Position numbers and translations under genes: made by a program. From NCBI GenBank assembly GCA_047495785.1, contig JBLDXI010000015.1, positions 3,410,001 to 3,474,000 of the forward strand: a stretch of 64,000 nucleotides of DNA, written 5' to 3'. The notes below the pieces were generated by a model. It made no database searches. It was not told the DNA's origin and was given only the letters and a program-made list of their open reading frames with translations. The first letter of the stretch is position 1, and each line of letters begins with the position of its first letter. Source of the DNA: Lepidodermella squamata. Its lineage: Eukaryota; Animalia; Gastrotricha. This document shows, in pieces, positions 1-11,621 of this stretch.

Positions 1-191
1 GCAAAATCATCGATATCTGGCTGGTGATTAACTATGGCAATTCGTTTTTTCAAGCGGCAATCACCCTCGCGCACACATTTTAATTATATTTTATATAAAA
101 ATGCATTGATTCGAATTGTGTCAAATTTTGATTTGAGTGAATTGTGAATTATAATAAAAAAATCCGCCTTAACAAAAGCACAACTTCTAAA

Positions 192-3100
192 ATGAAAAAA
201 ACCAGTAGGTATCGAAGAAAACTTGCTATGAATATTAGCGCCAAACTCATTGCGTGGACACGCATAAGTGAAGCCGAATTTTCAGGCTATAAATTTGTCG
301 CATCACCACCGGACCAAATCGAATTGAAAATAACAGCGGAATGGTCGTCGCGTGTTCTGCGTTATGCCATCGAAATTTCGCCTTCTTTTGGAAATCCTCG
401 CACATTTTATTTGAAGTTCGAGCCGCCTAATGGCTGCTTTGACGTCAATCAAAATGGTATTATCAGCGTTGAGCGGTGCTATCTGTTGCCGGATGAACCT
501 TCAAGGCAAGCGATGATAACTTCGTTGGTAATGAAGTTTCCCAACTTCGAAGACGCGCTGGCTACGTTACGCAGAGTGAAAGGATTCATAGGCTACCGAT
601 TTGAACAGCAGGACTGCTTTAAGAGACAGTTCACTGAAAACATAATTAACCGCCGTTTACATGATATCCAAGCTGATGATCATGAGAAAAATGCCGATTA
701 CTACAAAAGAGTATCATGGCATCACTACAAACCCCCGGCGATTTCTTTCGGCCTAATCAAGCCGTTCTTAATCCGAGACCACATGTTAAATTTCGATAGA
801 TTGCGCGAGGGAATAGGAAACCTGTATTGGGACCAGCTTATCGGACAGCCTAGGTCCTAGGTGTACCCGTCACCAGTCTACAACCGACCAACACGACGAT
901 GTAAGACTGATGGCTCGCTTCTCTTCATGGAACGATGCAGACATTTTGCGGGCTTGTCTTAGTGAAAACCCAATAAATGTCGCAACTGTTGCCCATCTGC
1001 TTGAATATCCTTTCAATGCACCTCACCCTTATAGTCAAGAGGGAATCGGCTTCAACGCAAGTGAAACTCTGGTAAAAGTATTGCGATGGAACCATTCGTC
1101 AAATGATACGTATAATCTACTGAAGAGGCTGCAAGAATTTCGCAAGGAGATGTTAAAGTTGCACCCGACTCGTCTTGTAACCCCTGGAGCAGCTCATCAG
1201 ATCAATTCAGGCCCTGTAGAAGCGGCGTTCTGCTTTGAAATACAAGTCCATGTTGGCAGTGTAGTTCAGATCCGTCCGTTCATTTCACTAATTCCGACCG
1301 AACTATTCTACGCTGACGGCCGCGTTTCAGTGTTCGAGACGCAGTGTGCAAGCTCGAGAGATGATAACGAAGAAATTTACCGAGTTTTTGCCGCATTCAC
1401 CGATGGTATGATTCACCGCATGGATGGTATCGGAGCAGCTCGCTGGATGAGAATGAGTAGGCTCGATAATACGTTATTACCCCAGACTAGGGTAAAATGG
1501 GTCCTAGCCACCTTTAGCCAACTACCGGTTAAAGGCGAAGATATGTTAAAGGGCGATGAAGAAATGAAATTTTGGCATTATTTCCTCGAAATCGGCAAGA
1601 CTCCAGAAAGCTATCTGTATGACATGGTAAGACTTTCACTTCAGCATTATTCAATATAGTTCCGATATGTAGGGATCAGCAACCGTCATAGCAACTTCTG
1701 ATGACGCAGTTTCATTCGAAATAATCAAACCCGAACGAGGAAAATCTCAAATTAAGATTAAGGACTTCAAAGTACACGCTTTTCCGGATTCGTCCATGAT
1801 ATTAGAATTCTCAAACGGAGAAGTCAGATTCTCTCTATTTTTGGGACATGATGATACTTCACGCCTGTATCTGTCCCGCACGCCGCAGCAAGAGCTTGTG
1901 CTCGTTGCTGAAGTTTGGCCACGCGGGCAAAAAAGCAAACCGCCTCATGCCCGATTTCATTTCCGATCACCAACAGCAGCTTTGCAGTTTTACCGAAAAG
2001 TGAAAGCATATATCGGGCGCCAAATCCCAAATACTATGGAATATTGCTTCCCTGATCTAGCAGCTCACTTTAAGAAAAATTTCAAAATTAAGCGGCGGCT
2101 CGATATCGAAGATGAAGCGAACAACTCAGCGGCTGTTGCGTATTTCAGCCGGCCAATTGAAACGATTGATTGGAGGCAGTTGGATCCGAATGACGATTTT
2201 CATGCCGTTCATGCGCCCTCGCAAAGTTGGGATATTTTCGGAAAGAGTTACAACCCGTTGACGGATTATGCGGAGAGAGAATTTCTGGACCATTACATGG
2301 CTGACAGAAGATGTGATTTGATGCATCATTTTATTAATCACGAAGAGTTGAATATATTTCCCTACCGCACTCTTTCCTTTACTGAGCATGACTACTCCGA
2401 GGACATTCGGGCTTTCTCAGCTCACAATGATAAAGATATATTGTTCGCGATGCAAAAGAATCGATTGGGTCAGCTGGACGAAATCGCACCAATGTTCGAA
2501 GCTCCATTCGACAAACCTCATCCTATTTTAAGTGATGATATGAAGTTTATTTACCTCAACCCCGGGCCCCGAGCTACGACGTTCAAGGTAATGAAGCGTG
2601 GTAATAATAATTATACTGAAGCACTTCTGGCCAGGATAACAACTCACGTTTTAGGACATCCAGTAGCTTTTTTCACAATAGCTCGCAAAGACGTGGAAAA
2701 ACATTACTGTTTTACGCAAAAGGTTCTCCGCCTCAAAGTTTGGGCAATGTTATGTCCTTGGAAAGCTTTCGCTAGTGACGGCGTTATTTCTATCTTCGAA
2801 ACATCGGCTTTTGATCTGTCTGCACCTAGAGATACCGCAGAAAAACGTGCTACTGTTATATTAACCAGCTCTAAATCAACTCCAGCATTATTCGCCAGTA
2901 GTACAGTTAACTACGCGCAGTTTACCTCTCGATGGGCTCGAGTTATATTTGACGATGACGAGACCTCAGTTACATGGGGCCTATTGATTTCGCACGCCGA
3001 TCGCTATGTAACTATTGTCAATCACGTTGTCGAACATCCCATTTATGACTTCGGAATCGAAATCTATCGGGAATTTAGCAAGGATGAAGAGTTTGCCCTT

Positions 3101-4291
3101 GCGACTTACAACAGCGTGAAACTGCCACAAGTTAAAGACAGTTGGAACAAGAATGCCGAATATTCGATTGAGATGCTGCTAAGAAGCAAAGAATCGTTGT
3201 CTGGGAAGATTCGTTGTACCTCAATCACCTACTGCTTTGAACTGGACCTTCCTTCTCACTGCAGAATCTGGCAGATTAATGAGCAGTTGCATTTCGGACC
3301 AGTCCTTTCAGGTGCTAGCATTTTGCAAAGTATAACAGTGGTATTTCCTACTGATATCCAAGCTAGGGCATTCTATCGGCGAGTGAAAGGATACATTGGA
3401 TATCGTGTTAGAACTGGTAGAAATCAACAGTGGCCTAACGCTTGGAAACGCAGGCTTAAGCCTGAGCCAAATAGTCATAATGGTTACTATGAAAGATCTA
3501 ATCAAACTGTTGCCGCAATCGGCACCGAAGAGCAAAGATTCATCATGGATTTTGATGACGAAATGAATACTTTCGCGTTTCAAAGCTATGAAGATATTTA
3601 TTGGTTGCTTGATGATTGGAGGGCTGTCGAGTACTACTCGCGCGCAAATGACCAGGATATTCTGCTATCGATCAGAAATGGCCTAATTGTCCCTGACAAT
3701 CCAGATGGCATGCACAATTCTAGCCCTCTGTTCGAATATCCATTCAACGCACCGCATCCGCTTCGATTTGGAAGGGCGATGGCTAGCCTCCACAGGACAG
3801 CGTGGACGTCCTTTCCATCCGATCACCACGAAAACGGGAAGATTAAATCTCATTTCGAAACAATTTCCGCACGGCCGCATGAAAAATCCCTGATTTGGTG
3901 TTTCTTAGGACCGGCATTTTTAGACGGTTCAAGCAACGCTGTACATGCGATTCCTTGTCTGGCTTATTTTCCATCCGCTGTAACCGATCGGCAGCCAGTA
4001 ATGGCTTTTCTCTCCGAGGCGTGGATTTTCTTGTTCAATGGCAGGGAACCTGTGAGAAAAATGTGCCTTTTCGTCATGACGGAATGCGAGACTGATTTGC
4101 GATGGTTTAGAATGATCGAGGTTTCAAACACCCAGACCGCTGATGGCAACCCAGTCTTGCACCCTATCGGAGGTGATTTGGCGGTTGTTCATTGGGGTGT
4201 TTTCGTTTTGTATAGAAAATACGAACCCCGAAAAAAACGAACAAAGCGCTCGTCTTCTCCTATATTATCAATTAATTCATTTCATCGATAA
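192..4291 (+). pseudogene. Orphan ~1,350-aa protein with three tandem ~450-aa repeats; frameshifted by a 7-bp duplication (pseudogene or null allele)
   Basis: ORFs 144-860, 910-1659 and 1796-4291 join into one frame after removing one CCTAGGT copy (849-855/856-862) and splicing a GT-AG intron 1627-1672. Motifs recur three times: RRVKGFIGYR/YRKVKAYIGR/RRVKGYIGYR, WNDADIL/HNDKDIL/ANDQDIL, EYPFNAPHP/EAPFDKPHP/EYPFNAPHP. Start ATG (192 or 228) uncertain. Confidence 0.7.
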
Positions 4292-4415
4292 AAACGCAAA
4301 AATAAAATGTGCAAATATACGAATTCCTCACGCACCCCTGCGGGATGTTGCGGGATAGCTGCGGAATGAGTGCGGGAGGTTAGTCTCGTGATTTTTACTA
4401 ATTGATCCTCCTTAT

Positions 4416-4434
4416 CCTAACCCTAACCCTAACC
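4416..4434. repeat. Short interstitial telomere-type repeat, about 3 x CCCTAA
   Basis: cctaaccctaaccctaacc read directly; preceded by a TGCGG(G)A micro-tandem at 4339-4377. Confidence 0.8.
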
Positions 4435-4515
4435 TTTGGAGTAGGTTTTGTGTCGCTTTCGGATTTATATTCCCGGCTTCGTAGCAGACAGTACAGTCCT
4501 TCAGACGATGAGAAA

Positions 4516-5582
4516 ATGAGATTCATTGAAAGTCTGAATGCAGTTACTCCCCTGTCTCCCTCACTCCAAGAGTTCATCCAGCGACATAAATCGCTTTATC
4601 GTCAGCTTGCAGGATGTGAAACATGGGACAAAGTTACTATCGACAACATTGTCAAACAAGCGCTTTCCATGATATCGACGTCGACTAATGAAAGTATCTA
4701 TAAGACTGTTGGTTACAGTTTTTATAAACTTCTTTCTGTCTCTCTGAAGCCAGGCTGCTCAGTCGGAATTTACAAAGTCACGAATCAGTATCAACCGCTA
4801 TCTGTTACCATTGATGGGATTAGGATGCCTCCTGCCTCCTAGAACATATTGTGCTAAAGTTGGTCCTTTGGAGAGTCTACAGAAGGAAAGAGAAGTTGCG
4901 AAAGTTGTGACAGGAAACTATGTCATGCCTATTTTGGACTCATTTGAGTTGGAAGGTTATGATGGAATGAAACGATTGGCAATTATCGCACCGGAAGAAA
5001 GAGCGGCAATTTTGATCTCTATCCGCCTGATACTTGCTCTATTTATAGGCTCTATTCTGGTTCAATGGCAGAAATTCTTTACAAAAATGAAGCTCCCGAA
5101 CAGATAGCTGCTATGTTGTTAAGCGACATGTCGGCTATTTATTCATTTTCGTCGAAAGGATACGGTCATCGCGACATCAAGCTGGAGAATCTTTTTAAAC
5201 TTGATAGCCATGAATGTGTTCTTGGAGATTTTGGCTCAGCTGTGCAGCTCAATCCTTCCGGTGAACACAAACTACGGCTAATATCAGCATGAACCAAAAG
5301 GGAATTACCATTGCTTACGATGTAACTTGTTTAGCTTCGGCAGTCGGCTACATGGTACTTAGACGACGACTCAAATTTGGTGAAAAGAGTCATTTGCTGC
5401 GGGAGGTTCAGGACTTTGTAAAGTATCCCGTCACTTTGGAAATGCTAAAGAGTCTCATCATAGATGAAACTATCGCAGACAGTACTGAATTGTGGAACAA
5501 CTGGAACAAACTTTCTTTGATTGCAGAACACCACATACTCAGTCTCTTCACTCGTTTTCCTAATTTGAAACCTGTATCATAG
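4516..5582 (+). pseudogene. Intronless Ser/Thr protein kinase pseudogene
   Basis: Kinase motifs spread over four ORFs in shifting frames: YCAKVG...E, HRDIKLEN, LGDFGSA, YDVTCL; no convincing introns at the frame changes. Confidence 0.7.
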
Positions 5583-5880
5583 TGAGTTTTTTATAGAAAT
5601 AAACAGAATAAATACAGCATGATAACCAATCAAGTGTTGTTGTTTAATGCCCGTCGGTGAAATTAGTAATTTGAAATTTGACTTGGAAGAAGTACCTGAG
5701 TGAGGCTAAGAAAGAGCTCAGGCGTGTTGGGTCAAAAACGGATTCCAAACATTTTCGGAAATTTCTAGAGCTCATTCGAAAACTGGGGGGCATCGAATAA
5801 CATTTGATTAGCCAAATATTTATTCTGAAAAAATAAATCAATCAATCGGAAAATGTTTACACAATATTTGCGGGATGTCC

Positions 5881-8001
5881 TCAACTGTTAAAACTGGTTG
5901 TCGACAAATCGATGGGTTCCGGCCGAAGTGCCGTAAAAAGGATAGCGGGCGTTAAACAAATGGCAGTCAAATACAGGAACATGTTAAATCGCTCCACAAC
6001 CTCAGCCATATATATCCACTGTTCTTTGATGTCATCTAGGTCCATCAGCATTTGAGCGGCTCGGTGGTTAGCCTCGTCTCTAGCTGACGTCTCCTCTGAT
6101 GTCTCGTAATCAATCGAGGTAAAAGTCGCCTCTGGAATGATGCTAGCAACCAAATGGTGGTGATTATTAATGCCTCGTGTTGTTCTTTCGTCTGCAAGTG
6201 ACTTTCTTCGCGGATTTTTGATAGCTCGTTTTGCCGCGTCCAAAATTGAATTGCTGTAGAATTTCGCCAGTTTAGCGCTGTTGTCATCGCCGCTGTCTTC
6301 CGATGATTTATGTTTATGAGACGCGAGGAAGGCTGATCGTGAATCGACGCAAAGAGCCCGGCCTATCATATGGGAACATCGATTTATCCACCTAGGTGGC
6401 GGTGTCTAAAATTTAAGAAAAGTACGGTACAAATCGAGTTTTTTCGGCGGTTTTTTACTTGAAATTCAGCCTTTCGAAGGATCAAGAAAACAACTCCTTC
6501 ACCCAGAAGAGCGATAATGCCAATATAGGCCATTTGCAGGTTGATGTAGAGCGTTAACAAAGGAACCTCCATGCTACTTTTCGGGAGATCTTCAATGACC
6601 ATTGACTAAAAATTACAGATTTCGGGATATTCAAACATTTCAACTCGAATCAAATTGGAAAAACCTGGAAAACTGAATAAGCGAGGAGGCAAGTAAATGA
6701 TATATGGACTTTGATAACTTCCGAAATCTGAAAAAAACCAAATTTACTATTATTAAGTTGGACCAAAAGTAACTGACCGGTAATACGAAAGTAACAATTT
6801 CCACGAATGCGATGATCAAACTTGGGATGATGACGTTGACGTAGTAAAACAAGCTTTTCCTACGTAGATGCAGAGTGAAAATTATCTAAAACAAATTGAA
6901 AAATGGCATGAAATTTGAACAAAATTTGGCTGATCCTTACGCTGTCATATTCGTATTCATCACCGTAATTGATTTGCCGCCGAATCGAGCGGTTCGCAAC
7001 TAGGTCCCATTGTTTATTTTCGGTCCAATAGTGCTCCTGCTTTGTGAAAGGATTTTTTGTGGTGAGATGTAGCCTTTGCGAGATATTAGGGTAATTCCAA
7101 CTCTCGACCCTTATGTGGCACACCTGAAAATACAAATAAAATTTGCATGTTGCTAACGATTTTTTTTATCGAATAAACTTGTTCGTCGAAAGGAAACATC
7201 GTCAAATCGAGGTCACACTTGACTGCTATTGCGCTGGTCGGATCCATGCTAACCGCTCCATTACTTCGAACGAAGGCTTTGATACCAGGAGACAAAAATA
7301 CCGTGTAGATGTTCCCCCTTAATCAAAGCTGCAATTGCAAAAATCGTCACTGCAAACGAGTGTGCATTCTTACGGAGACTATAAAAAAATTAATTTTATA
7401 TCTTCGATTTCGAATTTTTCAAAATTCAACTAACATTAATTATCGAAAGGTCAGGTTTCCAAACTTTCTCCACATTGACAACTATAAATTGGGAGCAGTT
7501 CAACGGATACGTGTTGTTCCATATCAGCGAATAGTCATGCCAATACTATGAATCCTTTTTAGTGTTAAGGAAAAATTGAAAATTGAAAAAATTCAACAAA
7601 CCGCGCTGAAATAGCCCTCCAAAATCAATGTGCTCTGACGTTCTATCTGAAATAGATAATATACTTAAGAAATTAATTCAAATTTATTAGGGCGGATAGT
7701 TTAGAAATGTAAGTTGGAAACTTGCGAAATCTGCTATGCCGAATAAGGTAAGGCTGAGTTCTACGTCGACCGGACTTTGGGCATCTGGGATCGGGCGGCT
7801 GACGTTGCTGTAATTTCGAAATACTGCCTCCATCACAACTTCCTCAGCTATTGCTAATGGAACACAATACTGCTTTTAAAAACTGTTTCAGCGGTTTTAA
7901 GGCTCAATGTTACTTTCACGAGAACAACTATTGGGATTTTGTCCTGCCAACGGTTTCGCAATCACCAGCTCTAATAGAATAATGAAGACGCAGGCTCTCA
8001 T
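5881..8001 (-). CDS. Cys-loop ligand-gated ion channel subunit 1 (nAChR/5-HT3-like, non-alpha), multi-exon
   Basis: Signal peptide MRACVFIILLELVIA, WKPDL, Cys-loop CDLDLTMFPFDEQVC, M1 YYVNVIIPS, M2 KVHISFTCLLAYSVF, M4 QWIYMAEVVERFNMFLY; no vicinal CC in loop C. Confidence 0.9.
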
Positions 8002-8931
8002 TGTGAATCGCTTTTCGAAATATTGATAAATCATGTGATATGATTCTGATCTGATAAAACTGCGAAAAATGCGACCAATCCGCTGAAGAAATCTCAAACT
8101 CGAATATAAATATTTGCCTCGATTATCGACGGCTTTACTCTCATAATTTTCTCAAATACCAACAGGTATATTTCCGCATGCATCTCAGCTATCGATTCAA
8201 TCTCATCATCGAAAGCAGAATTCACGTATTTTCTGTTTGCTGGTGTATTTTTAAACCCACTTGAAAGCCAGTCCAAAGTCTCGCTGCAGATAAAATTACG
8301 TCGCAGAATTCAGCATGCGAAAAAATGTCTGCAGCAAAATACTTCTGAGAATTCGGAATCCAGCTTCAAAAATAAAAATCGCCGAGATGATGAAATGCTG
8401 ATACAATACATCTGGCAGGTATAAAACACGTAACTTCCCGTGGTTCGGTATTTTGCGGGCGCCCGCTTATAATTAACTCGGCGGCATGAGAGCGCTCATT
8501 TGTTTTGGCGATTGCTATCCCGAACATGTGTTAGATACACATTATACCTTATATGAAAGAAGTATATAATTGTTTAAGCACACGAGTGGGAATTGCTATA
8601 CTTGATTTGTTGCCATTCAGTAGTTTTTTATTCATAGGTATAGAGCGCGATCAACTATTTTTTCTCGAGGTGCGCAGTGATCGCACTGATGAGACTGGTG
8701 ACAACCAGGAAATAGTATTATTCGATGCAGGTCACTCATATTTTAAATGTTTAGCAATAAAAATCTCGAGTGACCTAGATTAAATTAGCGGCGACCTGAA
8801 GGTGACGTTTTCTGAAAATTATTACTCATCTATAGCATCGACATTGTCAACATTATTACTATTATTCGCTCGCTTTTATCCTAATATAGAGAAAGCTATA
8901 AGTTGTCGGGAAATAAGAGGGCTTTTCGCTC

Positions 8932-11193
8932 ATGGCAGCCAAGGCCGATCTCGAAGAAGACATCGAAGCCGGAGATTACGAAGAGGTCCCCGGAGAAAAA
9001 AGGCGCCCTGAAAATAGCTGCTGCGTGCATCGCGCGGTTAAAATCCACGGATTTTTCAAGAATAATTACAAGCTAATCATGCTGTTCTTTTACCTGGCTT
9101 ATTTCGCATACGCAGTGTTACGATGCTTATGGATGAACTGCAGCCGCGATGATCGATGGACGCTGATCTTAATGACTTGCTTTTTGTCAGCCATCACGAT
9201 TTTCTACTACTTGTTTGTCAGGTAAAATTAATTGTTAAATTTTCATCAATTTTCACTCCTATCTCAGGCTTTGTTGGCCGGCGGTGAAAACGGTGATCGC
9301 TGAAGTATATTCTTGCTGTTTCCCGTGTTCGAAGCGATTCTGCAACGCATCTAAATGGTGAAAAATTACTACTATCTTGGGGTTTTCAATTCAAATTTTA
9401 ATTTAGGATTTTCTACGGGCTGCTGTTGATCAGCTACCTTGTTTTCGTCACAGTTGATGCTGCTTACATACGGCAAAGCCCCGAATCACTCATCTCGCTT
9501 GCCGGAGTCTCTACTATTCTACTGTTATGTGGCTTATCTTCAATAGGGTATCGCCGATCGTCCTCAGCAAAATTACAGCCCATAGTCATCGGCCTAACCC
9601 TCCATTTCCTCATCGCGATAGCCAGTCTTAGATGTCGGCTATGGCGACGATTTTTTACTTGGGCGGCCTACGTAACCGGCCGATTTCACGAATTCGCAAG
9701 CGAAGGACCTCGCTTTATTCTTTCAAATTTATTCAACATCACAGAGCTGGAGTATTCCCTCCTCCCTGCTATCCCTTTCATCGCGGCTTTTAGCGCGATC
9801 CTCGGCTATTCAGGATGGCTACATTCTGCCACAAAAGTTGTAACCTTATTCGCTGAAACTCTGCTAGGAACGACTGCTGCCGAAAGTATCACCTGTTTCA
9901 CGAATATTTTTGTTGGAATGGTTGGTTTTTTTTCTAAATTTCATAAAAAAAACGTGACCATTTCGCTTATCAGACCGGGTCGCCTTTTTTTGTTGGCAAA
10001 TTCCTGTCCTACATGACGTCGTCAGAGCTTCACGCTATGCTCACCTGCGGATTTGCGACTATATCGTTATCTATGTTGGCTTCGATTCAACCCGATCCGG
10101 ACGTCTACGTTTTAACCGCAGCGCTCATGGCTGGACCGGGCGCGATTGCACTGAGCAAACTTTCCTACCCAGAAACTGGCCAAACCAGCATGAGGCATCG
10201 CGATGTCGACCTCTATCAATCGCCTCGAAACAACACGTTAATTTCTGATTGTCTGTCACTTACTATTCAATTAATTTTTCGATTATTTAGAGCCGCAAAA
10301 TCGATTTTCGAAGCCGTATTGAAGGTTAGCAATAATTGCGATTGAAATTTTCCTTTATTTGAATTTTTGGATAATAGGGTGCTGAGTCGTCAATAAAAGT
10401 AATTGGTAGCATTTTGGTCATATCGATTGCTCTAATGTCATTGCGGGTTCTTGCTGATGGCGTATTTACCTGGTTTGCCGAAAGGGCCGGTATAACGATC
10501 TCGTTTGAGGTACGAAATTTTCTATTTTCCAGAATCCGGGAATCATTTTGTTTAACTAGATAATGGCAACTTGGATTTTCTGGCCATTTTCCTTCTTGAT
10601 CGGAGTTCCTTTCGAAGATTGCTGGGCAGTATCTAAACTGATTAGCCGGCGTTTCTTGGCTAACGATGTCTTCTCGCCCTTCAAGGAACTAAGTAAGCCA
10701 GTCGTGTTCGAATGCATTCATTGTCTAATACTTCAAAATTTAGCCGAAGTTTCGAAAAATCGATTGATTTATGACCGCTATTACTGCCAATACGTTGCTG
10801 CCGGAAGTTCCCACGACAAATTCAGCCCTGTTTTTCTGCCGAAAAATGAAATGTTTCTCCCAGCCATCAATTCAACTATAGGAAACCTTATTAAGGTGCG
10901 ATTGAGTGCCAACAAAAACAATTTATTTTCTATTCATTTTTCACTATCAGCGACGATCTGAAACTTTGGCCAAAGTGGCCTTAAGTGGGTACTCGAACTT
11001 TGCTGCTATCGGGATCCAGCTTGGAGTTGTCGGAACTCTGGCGCCAACGACGAAATCAACAATTGCGAAGCTGTCATTTCGAGCTTTATTTACTGCTTTA
11101 GCCGTGAATCTATTTAGCGCAGCTACTGTTGGATTGATTACGGCAAGTGACGAACCTTCTTCGTGGTCCGATATTTGCTCGAAAATTGGCTAA
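8932..11193 (+). CDS. SLC28A: Concentrative Na+/nucleoside cotransporter (SLC28/CNT family), multi-exon
   Basis: Motifs GTTAAES...NIFVGM, MTSSELHAMLTCGFATI, LMAGPGAIALSKLSYPET, PFSFLIGVPFEDC, LSGYSNFAAIGIQLG; short GT-AG introns. Confidence 0.9.
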
Positions 11194-11621
11194 AAACGAG
11201 ACTTTTCCTATATTTTTTATCCGGCAATTTTACAGAAATAAGCACGGACTTTGCCGTTTTCATTTCAATAAATAACGGTTAAAATTATAGAAGTTGCTTT
11301 CAGGCTGGGCGAATCGATTTCCAAAAATAATTGCATTACTCTTTACTCTACATCTCGGATAGTGACGCAAGAAACGAATCGTCCTTCGTCAATATGTATA
11401 AATTAAAGCTGAAACTGATGACATTAGCTGGATTGCAATTCTGCGGTATATTTGTCACTCGGTGAGACTGCTGACTTGTCTCTTAGCTCAGCTTAAATCT
11501 GTTGAAGAGTAATCGAGAAAAATAATCATTTTATTAATATTTTAAAACCAATTGCCTAACATCAATAATCTAAATTACAGACTAAAATACAGACGAAGAC
11601 GATTTTCGGATTGTATTTTTT

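Noticed and set aside
4402-4515. Apparent signal peptide MILLILTLTLTFG on the kinase ORF
   Set aside because: Starts at TTG, and the LTLTLT run is simply the translated CCCTAA repeat
4339-5878. TGCGGGATGT at 4339-4348 and 5869-5878 as a TSD around the kinase pseudogene
   Set aside because: The right copy abuts the channel stop codon and the channel's likely polyA signal (5819-5824) would fall inside the insert; the left copy is part of a micro-tandem
8094-8783. Short ORFs between channel 1 and SLC28
   Set aside because: No motifs or coherent exon chain; divergent promoter region
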